A stretch of DNA of 64,000 bases from Raja brachyura (GCA_963514005.1 OY740802.1:17732001-17796000), one strand, 5' to 3'. Shown: positions 13,087-25,494, numbered from the stretch's first letter. A program made the numbers and translations. Notes: generated by a model not told the origin, from the letters alone.

Positions 13087-13405
13087 AAGATAGGCATAAA
13101 ATGCTGGAGTAACTCAGCGAGAAGCAGCATCTCTGGAGAGAAGGAATGGGTGACGTTTCGGGTCGAGATCCTTCTTCAGACTGAGGGTCAGGGGAAAGGG
13201 AAACAAGAGATATAGACGGTGACGTAGAGAGATATAGAATGCATGATATGCAAAATCGTAACAATGATAAAAGAGACAGGGCATTGTTAGCTGTTTGCTC
13301 GGTGAGATCGAGAAGCTGATGCGACTTGGGTGGGGAAGGAATGGAGAGAGAGGGAATGGAGGGGTTACTTGAAGCTAGATAAATCAATATTTCCATACCA
13401 CTGAG
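13087..13405 (-). mobile_element. PLE 3' fragment (end of the GIY-YIG ORF plus terminal repeat)
   Basis: Reverse complement of the 13973-14357 copy; hammerhead core at 13152-13179. Confidence 0.8.
13152..13179 (-). ncRNA. Minimal hammerhead ribozyme core in a PLE repeat
   Basis: Sense sequence CTGAAGA-A-GGATCTCGACCC-GAAA-CG-TC: CUGANGA box, stem II, GAAA box, palindromic ACGU stem III, GUC triplet; stem I is weak. Confidence 0.6.
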
Positions 13406-13972
13406 CTCCTTTTGACTGCTAATGACAGTTACACTACTTGTTGTGACATTTTGATGAATTAAATCAGTCAATCGAATCGATGGTCATTTAAAAAAAAAAG
13501 ATAATGATAGGAGACCTCATTGCATGTTACAATCGACCAGCAACTTGAAGACTTAATTCTAAAACTGGTGACTATGGCAGGACCAAGGAGAGATTTGAGT
13601 TATGAGTTCTTTTAGTGAAGCAAACTAATATATCAAACAGACATGCACAGGCAGGTTTCACCAGTAGACAGCTCCCTGCGAACAAGTTTATTATTTAGTA
13701 AGAGCATTTGTCAATCATTTCCAGTCATTTCTTTTAAAGAGTGATATAAATTAAAATGTCAATAAATATAATTGCTTCATAAACTCTCTTGAAGTCTTTC
13801 CTTTGATTGTGATTCCCTCTGCCATTGTTGTGTAATGTGCAACTTTTGCCCTGCAAATACATTTATTACTGGTTCAAAAATATATGCATGAGTAAAATTA
13901 ATTAAGGCTATAAGCAGAGGTGAGCATTTCAATTGATTGGCCATCTTTTGGAGAATGCATAATTAAAAATAA

Positions 13973-14357
13973 TGGAGGAACAGCACCTCATATTTCACTT
14001 GGGCAGCTTACACCCCAGCGGTATGAACATTGACTTCTCTATCCAAGTAACCCTTGCTATCCCTCTCTCACCATGCCTCCCCCTTCCCAGTTTTCCGACC
14101 AGTCTTACTGTCTCCGACAACATTGTATCTCTGTTTGCTTTGTTGTTACCTTCTCCCAGCTAACAATGATCTATTCTACATTTTCCTTGATCTCCATTCC
14201 CTTAGTCCTGTTTTCACACCTTACACTTCCTTATCTATGTACCTCCCTCTCCCCTGACATCAATCTGAAGAATGGTCTCGACCCGAAATGTTACCCATTC
14301 CTTCTCTCCAGAGGTGCTGCCTGTCCCGCTGAGTTACTCCGCATTTTGTGTCTATCT
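13973..14357 (+). mobile_element. PLE 3' fragment with GIY-YIG endonuclease C-terminus
   Basis: EEQHLIFHLGSLHPSGMNIDF (E..I..L..L.P.G.N motif), then terminal repeat with ctgaagaatggtctcgacccgaaa. Confidence 0.85.
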
Positions 14358-14789
14358 ATTAGATTAATTAAACGCCATGTCCATTTAGAGGGCTAGTGCC
14401 CACAGAAACTATTTCTGGAAATTGAGTCATAGATTTCCTCCCAGGATAACGAATGCCTGATTTATGGACACCCATCGTGAAAGATCATTTGGAAGACCGG
14501 TGGGATGGATAGGGATCGATTTGTTGACTACAACGGGGCTGCGGACATCTTCTGTCACAGGGAATGTGTGTCTTCTCTCCTTGCTTCCCCACCCCCTAAG
14601 TTGCAACAGTGGGGGGCTGGATGTTGAGAACGTTGAGCACATTAATTTACTCACTCACTGAGTTGGTGAGGCTGGCTGGGAGCCACGCTTCCCACTCTCC
14701 CATCAGAGCTAATTCAGAGATCCTTTCCCAAGTGTGGATTTTCTTCATTTCTGATCCACAAGCAGTTGGGTTATGAACCGTTCTCAAGA

Positions 14790-15150
14790 ATAGAAACATA
14801 GAAACATCGAAAATAGGTGCTTTACAAGGAGTAGGCCATTCAGCCCTTTGAGCCAGCATCACCATTCAATATGATCATGGCTGCTCATTGAAAATTAGTA
14901 CCCCGCTCCTACTTTCTCCCCATATCCCTTGATTGCATTAGCCATAAGAGCTATCACAAACTCTCGCTTGAAAACATCCAGTGAATTGGCCTCCACTGCC
15001 TTCTGTGACAGAGAATTCCACAGATTCACAACACTCGGTAAAAAGGTTTTTCCTCATCTCATTCCTAAATGGCCTACCCTTTATTCTTAAACTGTGACCC
15101 CTGGTTCTGGACTCCCACAACATTGGGAACATTTTTCCTGCATCTGGCCT
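14790..15150 (-). mobile_element. CR1/HER1 LINE 3' end
   Basis: MFPMLWESRTRGHSLRIKGRPFRNEMRKNLFT and (catagaaa)n tail. Confidence 0.85.
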
Positions 15151-15832
15151 GTCCCAGAATTTAAGAATTTAATATGCTTCTATAAGATTCGAGAGAAACC
15201 CATAGTAAGCCAGGGATGGGCTGTAATAACAGAAGCTGGTTAAGCAAATCCACTTCATCACAGAACAATATTATGATAAATCTAGTCAACAAGAATAATG
15301 TTCCAAAGTTGTGTCTGCTTGAATTTAAATACGTTTTAATTCCATACAAGACAATGCCCACTCAAAAAAGATACTGCCCCTAAATTAAAAATATTTTTAG
15401 TGATAAGGTGTACCACGTTGCCCAAATTGAGACCTTGAGTGGGTGGTTCACACTAATGTGAGAGAAAGATGAAGATATAAAGCAGTCAGCTTCAACGTTA
15501 CAGCAAAATACTGCTAATAAAATATGAATTTATTTGTGTGTCTCCACTGCTTGTCAATTCTCTTGGGCTATCTGTGGCGTATTATTGTTACGTGGGTGTG
15601 CATAAGGGGATTCCAGAAGAGAAACTCTATCTTCCAGTCTTTTGTAACAACTGTTTCCTGCTGCTCTGTATGTCACTGATGTGAAGGAAGCTGGGATTGA
15701 CTAGTCACTTAAAGAGCTGTGCCTGCTGCTTTGGGATTACTCAGTGCAAGAAAATGGAAATATAAGATAATTTAATCAAAAGTAAAAAATTGCTTTGATA
15801 GAAGGACATTTATAAGAAGGAAATGTAACAGC

Positions 15833-16179
15833 ATTTTACTTTAGTTTAGTTTAGTTTAAAGATACAGCATGGAAACGGGCCCTTCAGCCCACAGAATCGC
15901 ACAGCACCGACCTGCGATCCCCCTATACTAATACTATCCTACACACACTGGAGACAATTTTACAATTTGACAGAAGCAAATTAGCCAACAAACCTGTATG
16001 TCTTTGATGTATGGGAGGAAATTGGAGCTCCCGGAGTAAACCCACACAGGTCACGGGCAGAATGTACAAACTCCGTACAGACAGCATCCGTGGTCAGGAT
16101 CAAACCTGGGACCGTAGCACTGTAAGGCAGCATCTGCCCTAGCGCTGTAAGGCAACATAAGTTGCGCCACCACACCACC
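15833..16179 (-). mobile_element. HE1-type V-SINE
   Basis: (agttt)n tail, V-domain, small duplication in the tRNA-like head. Confidence 0.88.
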
Positions 16180-16772
16180 TGCATTTATTGAGCACAGTAA
16201 GGTGCTTTGGCTTATTTCTAAATGTATATTCCTTCATTCATTTATAGACAATGAATTTGATATTTCATTAACTATCTCGGAGTCAATATGAAATTTCAAT
16301 CAGAAGGCAAGACAATCCAGAGGTTTAATCTCAGTTTAGTTGCGAGTAATAACCCATGACGGAGTAGTTAGCCCAAATGATACGACAATCTAAGGCCTCT
16401 CTTGGATTAAATTAAAACATCCCTAAATTCAATACCTCAAACAAAGAAAAGGGCATTTTCCCAGTCACTGACAAAAATTCCCCAGATCAATCACGAAAAC
16501 TCACCAGTTGCTCATGAGCAAGACACTTAATCATTATTGTCACTATTGATTTCTACAATGGCTGAGCAATCTGCGATGTTAATTATACACCTGGCAGTGG
16601 AAGTTATTCTGAAGCTCCATTGTTATTCATGGTACAACTCCTCTCACATTGCCTGGAAAAATTTACATTGCAGCTGTGCCAATTCATCAAGAGTATTTAA
16701 TGCCTATGATCGGACTGACCTAAGGTCAAGATAATCCTTGCAGAATCCCTGAAAATTTATAGGACAGATTAA

Positions 16773-17078
16773 GGGTGGCACATTGACACAGAGGTAGATT
16801 TGCTGCCATATCGCGCCAGAGACCCGGATTCGACCCTGACTATGGATGCTGTCTGTAGGGCGTTTGTACCTTCTCCCCGTAACCGCGTGACTTTCCTCTC
16901 GGTTTCCTCCCACACTCCAAGGATGTACAGGTTTGTAGGTTAATTGGCTTTGGTAAAAATTGGTAAAAACTGCCCTTAGTGTGTAGAATAGTGCTCGTTT
17001 ATGGGGGATGATCGTTGGTAGGTGTGGACTCGATGGGCTGAAGGGCCTGTTTCCACACTATATCTCCAAAGTCTAAAA
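16773..17078 (+). mobile_element. HE1-type V-SINE
   Basis: A/B boxes, ggtttcctcccacactccaa, tail gggctgaagggcctgtttcc. Confidence 0.85.
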
Positions 17079-19435
17079 TTTATAGGTTATTTGTCCAATT
17101 GAATCTGCAGCAGCTATCTGTAGATCAATCAAATCAGTTTTACTCCTCCTCTCTTTCCACCTTGCTCTGCTTTGTTTTCCTCAATTCCCTTTTATAATCC
17201 ACAGTTGAATCTGTATGCACCACTATCGTGGATGTTACATAACCATTTGTTGTGTGAAAATGCCTTTTCGTTGCATTAACCCTTAATCGTACATCAATCA
17301 TTTTAAATATGTGCCATCTGGCCCTGTGGCCTTCTGTTTATGGGACTATTTTGGATCTTTCTGAACCTACAAACTCAATCAAATCACTTCCTAAACCTCT
17401 CTGCACAGAACTGATCAACCCAAGATTCTCTCGTAGATCCTCACAATTTATAATCCTTATCCCTATGGAACCATTCTTGTAAATCATTTCCAGGTCCTCT
17501 CTGGGGCTTTTCCTTCCTATGCTTTATAAAGGTTAAACATAATTTCCGTACTTTGAGCACCATAACTATTCATGAATTTTGGGAATCCCTATTCTTCCAT
17601 AACTATTTTCTAAGCCTCCCCGCTACATTGAGACATACATACCCAGTTGAACCTTGCAAGTTGTAAATTTAGTCAGAACTATTCTTCTTTGTCTTTGCTG
17701 TCAATATATATTGTTTTGCATTTCTCCACATCATGTTCAATCTGCTACATCCCTGCCTATTTCAGCAGGTTATCTAAATCTGTATTACCTCTGTTTCTAT
17801 CTCTACTGCCACCCATGGAATCTCACCTTGGAGCTTTACATTTGCTCCCTGTGCAACTATATCAAGTCTGCATGTAGACAAATCTGCCTTTAAGGGTCAT
17901 CATGTTTGTTTGGAGTTGAGTCTGCCAATCTCTGATTCCAGTTTAGATGGGCAAATTCCACTCTGGATACACTGACCTTAGCTTCCTTCTAATTGAGAAG
18001 ATGCATTTGAGATTGCTCTTTATTCTTTCTCATTATTAATGTAATACCATGTGGTATTACAATTATTGGTCAATAGGTTTTCCTTCACTGACACCTGATC
18101 ATACCCAAAAACCATGTCCTGCAATTTCTTATTCCTAGTTGGCACAGGAGCTTGGGAATCAGTAAAGGTTTGCTGATTGTGCTTTAGAAAATCCTTCCGT
18201 TCATTTCCGTATAATATGATCCCAACCAGTACAAGAATAGTTAAAGTCCTTTTTTATCACTACTCCACAGTTCTTGGAAATCTTTGCAGTTTTCTTCCAG
18301 ACTTTTACCTCGTTCCTTTCGAGTAATTTGTGGTCTGCCATATGCGCCTCATTTAATCCTTTCCTATCTCCCCTACTCAACTCATCCTTGAAAACCTATC
18401 TTTCCTAAGCCTTTATTTACACTCTGTATCCAGAAATATGTTCTGCTTAATCCAGCCTTTATTTTTAATTTAGCCTCAAATGGATATGTCATGGCTCCCA
18501 TGACATCGTATTCACATATAATGTTTTCCACTTGCAATTCACCACCTTATTAACATTACTTTGTCTATTTAAGTACAAATACTCGAAACTTACACATGAA
18601 TTTCCCATATTTTAGATTAGTCTCTAATAGTATTGCAACTTTTCTTAACCTGTTGCCATCTATCACTCACAAATATTACCCTACGATTCTATTTATTTAC
18701 ATGCATTAAATTTTACCATTGGAAAGTAATGACCATTTTCTTCAACAACATGAAGCCAATAGAAAGCCAATAAAAACCCATGAAATTAGCCCACCGATCA
18801 GCTTACTGCTGACTCTACTCTTTGGTATCTTCACAAATCTTGGGAACTATCTTTGGTTGCCTTCTGTTGCTGCTCTCAAGGAGATCCAAGCAGCCATGGT
18901 GGAATTTGTTTTCATGCCTCTGGATTGTTTGTCTATAAACTAAACATAATGCATCCATACTCCATGGCCTGGTACAAAATATGCCCAGAACGTGCTCCAA
19001 CTGCCCTACCATACTTCTTCTGTCAGTTGGTCAACATCTCAATGTTCATGAAAGTCACTCAACACGGATGATGGGTTCAGTTTAACTAGGCAACATGTTC
19101 AGCACAAAAATTGTGGGCTGAAGGTTATGTTGTATGTTCTATGTTGTATTTGCAGATTAATGACCAAAATCTTTGCTCCAACAATTGCTGGGTTTGATTG
19201 GCTCAAGTAAGTACAACCCAACATTCAGCTACATCCTGGACGTGTTTTAGGTTTTTTGCTCTTCTGGATGTAATTGATTGAATGAGAAAAGGCAGAAACA
19301 CAGCTCTATCTTTTTAAGATGTAAATATATGAACATTATTTTTTACTTAGAGTAGGTTTACTTTCATTTCTGGATTATGCTTCTCTGGATATTCAACTGG
19401 GGACATCCAGTTGTGCACTATGCTTCTCCACAAAG

Positions 19436-19765
19436 GTCATAAGGTCATAAGTGATAAGAGTAGAATTAGGCCATTCAGCCCATCAAGTCTACTTTGCTAT
19501 TCAATCATGGCTGATCTATGCCTCCCTCCTAACCCCATTCTCCTGCCTTCTCTCCATAGCCTCCAACGCCTTTACTAATCAAGAATATATCTATCTCTGC
19601 CTTCAAAATATTCACTGACTTGGCCTCCACAGCCTTCTGTGGCAAAGCATTCCACAGATTCACCATCCTCTGACTAAATAATTTTTTCCTCGTCTCCTTC
19701 CTAAAACACGTCTTTTAATTATGAGGCAATAACATCTTGTTCGAGTCTCTCCCACTAGTGGAAAA
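19436..19765 (-). mobile_element. CR1 LINE 3' end
   Basis: gtcataagtgataagagtagaattaggccattcagcccatc..ttggcctccacagccttctgtggc..cccactagtggaaa. Confidence 0.8.
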
Positions 19766-19785
19766 TTATGTAGGAGCCGTTAGGT

Positions 19786-20093
19786 AGTTTTGTTTTATTT
19801 AATTTAGCGATACAGCACGGAAACAGTCCTTTCGGCCCACTGAGTCCCCGCAGACCAGCGATCCCTGCACACTAACACTATCCTACACACACTTTCAATT
19901 TTTATCAAGCCAATTAGCCTACAAACCTGTCCGACTTTGGAGTGTGGGAGGAAACCAGAGAACCCAGGGAAAATCCAGATGGGTCACGGAGAGAATGTAC
20001 AAACTCTGTACAAACTGCACCCGTAGTCAGGATCGCACCCAGATCTCTGGCGCTGTAAGGCAGCAACTCTACCGCTGCGCCACCGTGCCGGCC
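19786..20093 (-). mobile_element. HE1-type V-SINE
   Basis: Tail, V-domain and head rc caactctaccgctgcgccaccgtgcc. Confidence 0.9.
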
Positions 20094-21029
20094 ATAGTGC
20101 CCAATGCCTTTTAGACCATAAGACAATAAGACATGGTGGATGCATTATGAATTACACAATTGGTGTCTTGCTGCATCATAACAATGAACTCTAGTAGAGG
20201 CCGATGAATTTCTCGATCTTTACTTTTTACTATTATAAAGTCATTATAAGTGCTGGCCATACCATGTGGTGCTCAGTCCATTGAAAAACTTGCAAAGGCA
20301 TAATTCAATAGCATTCACTCGACTGTGATGATTACAAACCCACCATCAACTTGCATGGTGTGAAGTTTTTAAACATCCTCAGCACCACCATCTCATCTTG
20401 ACTTCCCATAGTCTCTGTTGATTCTATTTCAACTGGATCATGAATTGATACTCATGAGCTCTTTCGAAGTCAAATGATTTTGAAGCAAATTCTAAAAAAA
20501 ATCTGCTTACTCTCCACAAACCAATATAAGGGGCACTTGAGGCACTGAATTTAAACCCTCAATTTCGTTATAGTACTTGAAATCTTCAAGCAAAAAAGTG
20601 TTTCGTGGATTAATTTTACTCTTGTCCCTTATTAACTGAAAGCAGCCTGTCCAAGCTGTGAGACAGACACTGACAGAGGCAGGCGTGATCATTAAAAATG
20701 AGTATCTTAATGAGACACCTGGGATTAGCTTACCTAATGGTGTGCAGTGCAGTGACCAGCATTTATTTTTTAAGAGTAGGGCCTTCATAGAATTATAACA
20801 AACAATACAAATGTGACCGTTTTAACAATCAGGACTGGCTATCCATGAACATTTACATTTATGAGAGTATACTTGAGGGTGCATTTATTGAGCTGAAGAG
20901 GCAAGCTGGTTCATCCATGGGCTTGCTAGAATATGTTACATTTTTTGTTTTTGTTTCACGTTGTTCAGGGAATGCAGATTTTATATTAATCTGAATCTGC
21001 CAGAGATGTCTGAAACTATAAAAACACAT

Positions 21030-21395
21030 GGGATCCTGAGGGATCTTGATGGGTTGGATATGGAGAAGCAGTTTCACCTTTGGGAGAATCTAGAACAAAG
21101 GTCACTGTTTAAACAAATAGGATTGCCCATTTAAGACAGAGGTGAGGTGATTTTTCTCCTCTCAGAGAGGCTTGTGTGAGGTTGAACTCCCCCAGAGGAT
21201 GGTGGAAATAGAGTCTGTGGATATTTTTAAGGCATGGATAAATGGATTTGTGATAAACAAGGGACATGAAGATTAACATGGGTAGCTATGAACGCAGAAC
21301 TAAGGTTACAAGTCCAATCAACTATGAACTTATCGAATGATGAAGCAAGCTCGAGCGAACACATGCCTGATTCCTGTTTCTAATTTATTGTTCAT
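21030..21395 (+). mobile_element. Old CR1 3' end
   Basis: gggagaatctagaacaaaggtcactgttt..cccatttaagacagaggtgagg..atttttaaggc. Confidence 0.55.
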
Positions 21396-21699
21396 TAGTT
21401 TGTGACAATGAAGCAGAAGCAGACTGCGACAATTAATGAGCATGTTGTTTTTGTAAGGAACATCCTTGCATTACAATTTGGTGCCTGATTTTAGATTCAC
21501 TGTGGGTTAGTGTATGAAGTGGCAGATGAATGAATTCAGTCGAAGTTATGGAGCGCGTAAAATGAAATATTGAAAAATGCTGGAGAATTTTCACCATTGG
21601 CATAGCTATGCGTCCTTGTTCCGACAATTATAGCAAAGTGCAGATTTATATAATTGTCAGAAGCTTATTGGTGAAATGAGTTCAATTTATTACTACATT

Positions 21700-22280
21700 G
21701 GTCTTGGAAGTGATCTTGGAGGGGGAAGATGCTCCTCAAACTGCAGAGCAACTTGGACAATAGAGCTCACCCCCTCCATGATACACTGGTCAACCTGAGG
21801 AGCAACTTCAGCAACAGTGTGTGGAGGAAGGAACAGTAGATGCTGGTTTAAATCAAAGATAGACCCAAAATGCTGGAGTAACTCAGCGGGACAGGCAGCA
21901 TCTCTGGAGAGGAGGATTGGGTGACATTACAGGTCAAGACCCTTCTTCAGAGGTCGAGTTACTCCAGCGTTTCATGTCTAACTTCAGCAACAGTGGTTCC
22001 ACCAAGGTGCAGCACAGAACGCCACTGCAGATAATTTTTCCTTGTGGCTATCAAACTGTGCAACTCCTCCCTTTCTACCCTGGAGTAGACTGACTCCCCT
22101 TCACCCCCCTCCCCCCTCCCCAATCTTTGCACATCCCCGATCCTGGACATTCCACTCGTCACTTTGATTTGGGATTTCATGCATTGTGGTGTTTTTATGA
22201 CTGTTGGCAGACGAATTTCCCTCCTGGGATAAATAAAGTTCTATCGTATCATATCGTTTCATATCATATCATGTTGTATC
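21700..22280 (+). mobile_element. Rex-Babar-type LINE 3' end interrupted by a PLE fold-back insertion (21820-21979)
   Basis: LD..AHPLH coding remnant and aataaagttctatcgtatcatatc tail; the insertion is flanked by the exact 16-bp repeat aacttcagcaacagtg (21804-21819, 21980-21995). Confidence 0.75.
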
Positions 22281-22493
22281 GTAAAGGCCAACACTCACCA
22301 CTAGTCATGCTGTTTGGAACAGCCAAGCATTTCAGTTGCCCAAAGCAAGGTCTCATTTTGACAGCTTGCAGTGAGAGGCTGAGGCTAAAAAACAGATTTC
22401 AGTAGCAATTTAAAATGACAATAGAGTAGAAGACTTTGTAGTTTGCAAGTTAATTCATCTATTGAGCAATTGGCAAGTACTGTACCTAAGCAG

Positions 22494-23279
22494 TAGAATA
22501 GAATAGAATAGTTTCTTTATTGTCATTGTAACATGAACCATGTACAACAAAATTTAAAAATGTCAACCAGTCAGTGCAACATTCAAACCATAAAAGCTAA
22601 CGATACATACAAGGTAAAATATTAAAAAAGATAAACAACTAAAATAAATATGAAATATGAAAATAGCACGCATAAACACCCAACCCTACATCCTTCTGTT
22701 GATTTCACAGTGTACCAACCACAGTCCCTTAGTCCCCGCGTTCCTTGGCGGCTACATTTAGTGCCTTTATAGCAATGGGGTAAAAACTGTTTTTATTCTG
22801 TTTGTCCTTGTCCTTGTAGATCTGTACCGTCTGCCTGACGGCAACAGTTCAAACAGGGAGTGTCCGGGGTGGTAAATGTCCTTTATAATATTCTGGGATT
22901 TTTTGATGCAGCGGGAACTGTGTAAGTCTTCCAAGGTAAGGAGAGGGCAGCCGACAATCCTCTGGGCGTTGTCAATGGCCCTCTGGAGCGCTTTCCTCTG
23001 AGCTGCTGTGCAGCTGGTGTACCACACGCATACACAGTATGTTACGATGCTCTCAATGGAGTACCGATAAAAGGACAGCAGCAGTCTCTGTGTGATGTTA
23101 TTCTTCCTGAGCACCCTCAGGAAGTGCAGTCTCTGCTGGACCTTTTTCAGCAGCGCAGAGGTGTTCACGCTCCACATCAGGTCCTCCTCAATATGGATTC
23201 CCAGGAAGCGGAAATCCGCCACCCTCTCCACACAGTCCCCTCTGATGATTTATGGTACGAGTTCTGTTTTGTTTTGTTT
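22494..23279 (-). mobile_element. Rex1/Babar LINE, 5'-truncated 3' end
   Basis: ERVADFRFLGIHI..KKVQQRLHFLRVLR..SIESI..VWY..HPGHSLFELLPSGRRYRS; 3' hairpin, aataaa and (tattc)n tail. Confidence 0.9.
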
Positions 23280-23899
23280 AGTAGTGGCAACAGGCAGACT
23301 ATTTAGTACAGTTGCAGGTTATAAACCAGCAAATTGACGTGAGAATTGATAATATTACATATTGTGCAATAATCTATCAGGGCCATGACTTCAGAAAGTT
23401 CACCTAGATTTTGTTGATTCTGAACATTATCACACTGAAAAATCACTCTATTGACATCTTAACGAGAGTAAAGAAAAGGCATAGTTAGGACAGGGAAATA
23501 ATCCCACCACTTAATTAGCCAGGTTCCTGAATGTAAGAACTATTTATACATTTAACATTTTTGTTTTTAAATCAATGTCACTCTTTTTTGAGCTTTAATG
23601 CCGAGCTAAAACCCTGAACTGTGGGACCCTGAACTTGCGGCAGTTGTTTTCATAGTGCCTCCATTGTTGTTAGGTGCTGATCTTTCACATGGAAGTGGTG
23701 AGTTTATTTCCCTATCCAAACTATGCCTTTGCTTTAGCCAGTGGTTACCCATCCATTCCATCCCACCCTCGCAAAGATGTGAGATTTCATTAAGAGCACA
23801 CTTGGATGAATAGATGCAAGCGTCATGTAAACGTCTAGGGTCTCTTCCATGCGCGCAATACACAAAGCCGATGAAATGAGACAACTGTCACACCAAAAA

Positions 23900-24106
23900 T
23901 AGACACAAAAGTCTGGAGTGACTCAGTGGGACAGACAGCATCTCTGGAGAGAAGGAACGGGCGGTGTTTCGGGTCGAGACCCTTCAGACTCAGTCTTCAG
24001 ATCTGAAGAATGGTCTTGACCCGAAACGTCACCCATTCCTTCTCCCCAGAGATGCTGCCTGTTCCGCTGAGTTACTCCAGCTTTTTGTGTCCATCTTCGG
24101 TTAAAA
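23900..24106. mobile_element. PLE fold-back (palindromic) insertion
   Basis: About 90-bp reverse arm, then a forward arm beginning at the hammerhead core CTGAAGAATGGTCTTGACCCGAAACGTC (24003-24030). Confidence 0.8.
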
Positions 24107-24111
24107 CAGAT

Positions 24112-25079
24112 TACAGATTATTTGGTGTTTTGCGCGTGGCAGCTTGTTGTGTGCATTATGCAGGCAACCAGACGGTATTATGTGTTTAAACAATAAGTAA
24201 AATATGCTTCTTGTTGTCAAGTGGGGGGGGGGGGGAGGGGGAAGGGATAAAATTGTTTGTGTCATGCACACTTGTCATCAGCCAGCCTGGGAATTTAAGT
24301 CTGCCCCCCCCATGTTTTAAAAGCGATTTACTATGGCTGCTAATGCCCCAAGCCGTCTGTCCCAATGGCCCGGGGGGGGGGGGGGGGGGGTGGTGTGGGT
24401 GTCGTGGGGGTTATCACCCTGTGTGCGGGTTGGGGTCAGGGGGGTGAATCACCCTGGTGTGGGGGTCAGGATCTGGTGGCGGTACATCGCAGTCAGTGAC
24501 TCTGGGTGGGCAGGGGAACCAGACTGTCCCCAACTCTGCTCCGCCCAACCCCATGTGTGTGTCTGCACTGCCAACCCACAGCCCGTCACAGTGCGGCTGC
24601 ATGGGGGTGACAAGGCGGAGGGCGGCCATGGCCGTGAGAGAGTGGGGGCTGTCCCGAGGGATGTGCTCCTTCTGCCGCTTACAACTTGGTGCTCGGGTTC
24701 AGAGTGCCGAGCCACTTATGGCTTGTGTGGGAAAATGACTCCCACCGTCCAGTCTTCCCCGGACAGTGATGTGATGGACACGGGGGTCTGGACCAATCGC
24801 TGATAAGTTCCGGCCCCCAGGCAACATCATGTCCGTTATTTGGCTTTTCGGCCTTTCAGTGAGTTGGCTTCTAGGCGTCGCGGCCTTTCAGTGAGTTGGC
24901 ATTTCGGCATTGCGGCCTTTCGGTGAGTAGGCCTTTAGGTGTCCCGCCCTTTCGGTTAGTTGACTTTTTTTGGCTTCGTACACTTTCGGTTATTTGGCTT
25001 TTCGACTTTGTACGCTTTTGTTCTTGGCTTCCACTTCTTCGCTTCCACTTCTCATTCTTCGATGCCACGTCCTGGTACC
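24112..25079 (+). mobile_element. Unclassified element with terminal 16/32-bp modular array (Mutator/Foldback-like end), copy 1
   Basis: Colinear in reverse orientation with 38897-39682; 32-bp units such as cggcctttcagtgagttggcttctaggcgtcg at about 24848-25010. Confidence 0.6.
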
Positions 25080-25134
25080 ATGAACAACATCAGGATACAC
25101 TTCGTGAGCACTGTAAGCAGAATTAGCAAGATGA

Positions 25135-25301
25135 GATGTCACGGGGTGATGCTTGTATGGTCATGAGTAGTCGCCCAGAGAATCTTACCTTTTTCTGGTC
25201 GTCGCTGGATTTTCAACATGTTGACATTTTTCGGCAATCTGCTGCGACTATGACAGGTGCCAGCAAGTTGCCGAAAAAATCGCGTAAGTGGGACAGGCCC
25301 T
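25135..25301. mobile_element. One end of a PIF/Harbinger-type MITE
   Basis: Terminus ..taagtgggacaggccc followed by TTAA (rc GGGCCTGTCCCACT); no partner end found in the window. Confidence 0.5.
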
Positions 25302-25494
25302 TAAGTTAGCAATTCTTCGGCAGCATGTGGGGAATGGCAGTACAGTGATAAGCAGATCTTTATTTGGTGTCCGTAGAATGTCACTGTAGGCACATAATCC
25401 CCCATGTGTGCCTACAAAATGGCAGTGCTTATTACACCTTAGAAGAGCGGGAGGATGTAAAATTACATCAGTCAATTGAACTTTGAACATGTTG

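Noticed and set aside
13087-14357. Two inverted PLE fragments as one large fold-back capturing 570 bp
   Set aside because: No flanking duplication is seen and the arms differ noticeably
17240-18700. Long pyrimidine-rich tract that may be an ancient minus-strand CR1
   Set aside because: Too decayed to support boundaries or motifs by eye
19156-19206. 51-nt AG..GT candidate exon (LMTKIFAPTIAGFDWL)
   Set aside because: The acceptor derives from a LINE tail and the peptide is not recognisable
20507-20788. 93-aa minus-strand ORF ending at a donor-like site
   Set aside because: No recognisable domain; consistent with chance
24211-24803. Overlapping Gly/Pro-rich ORFs (also 28828-29406 and 39105-39457)
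   Set aside because: Products of GC-rich repeat interiors; the frames are not preserved between copies
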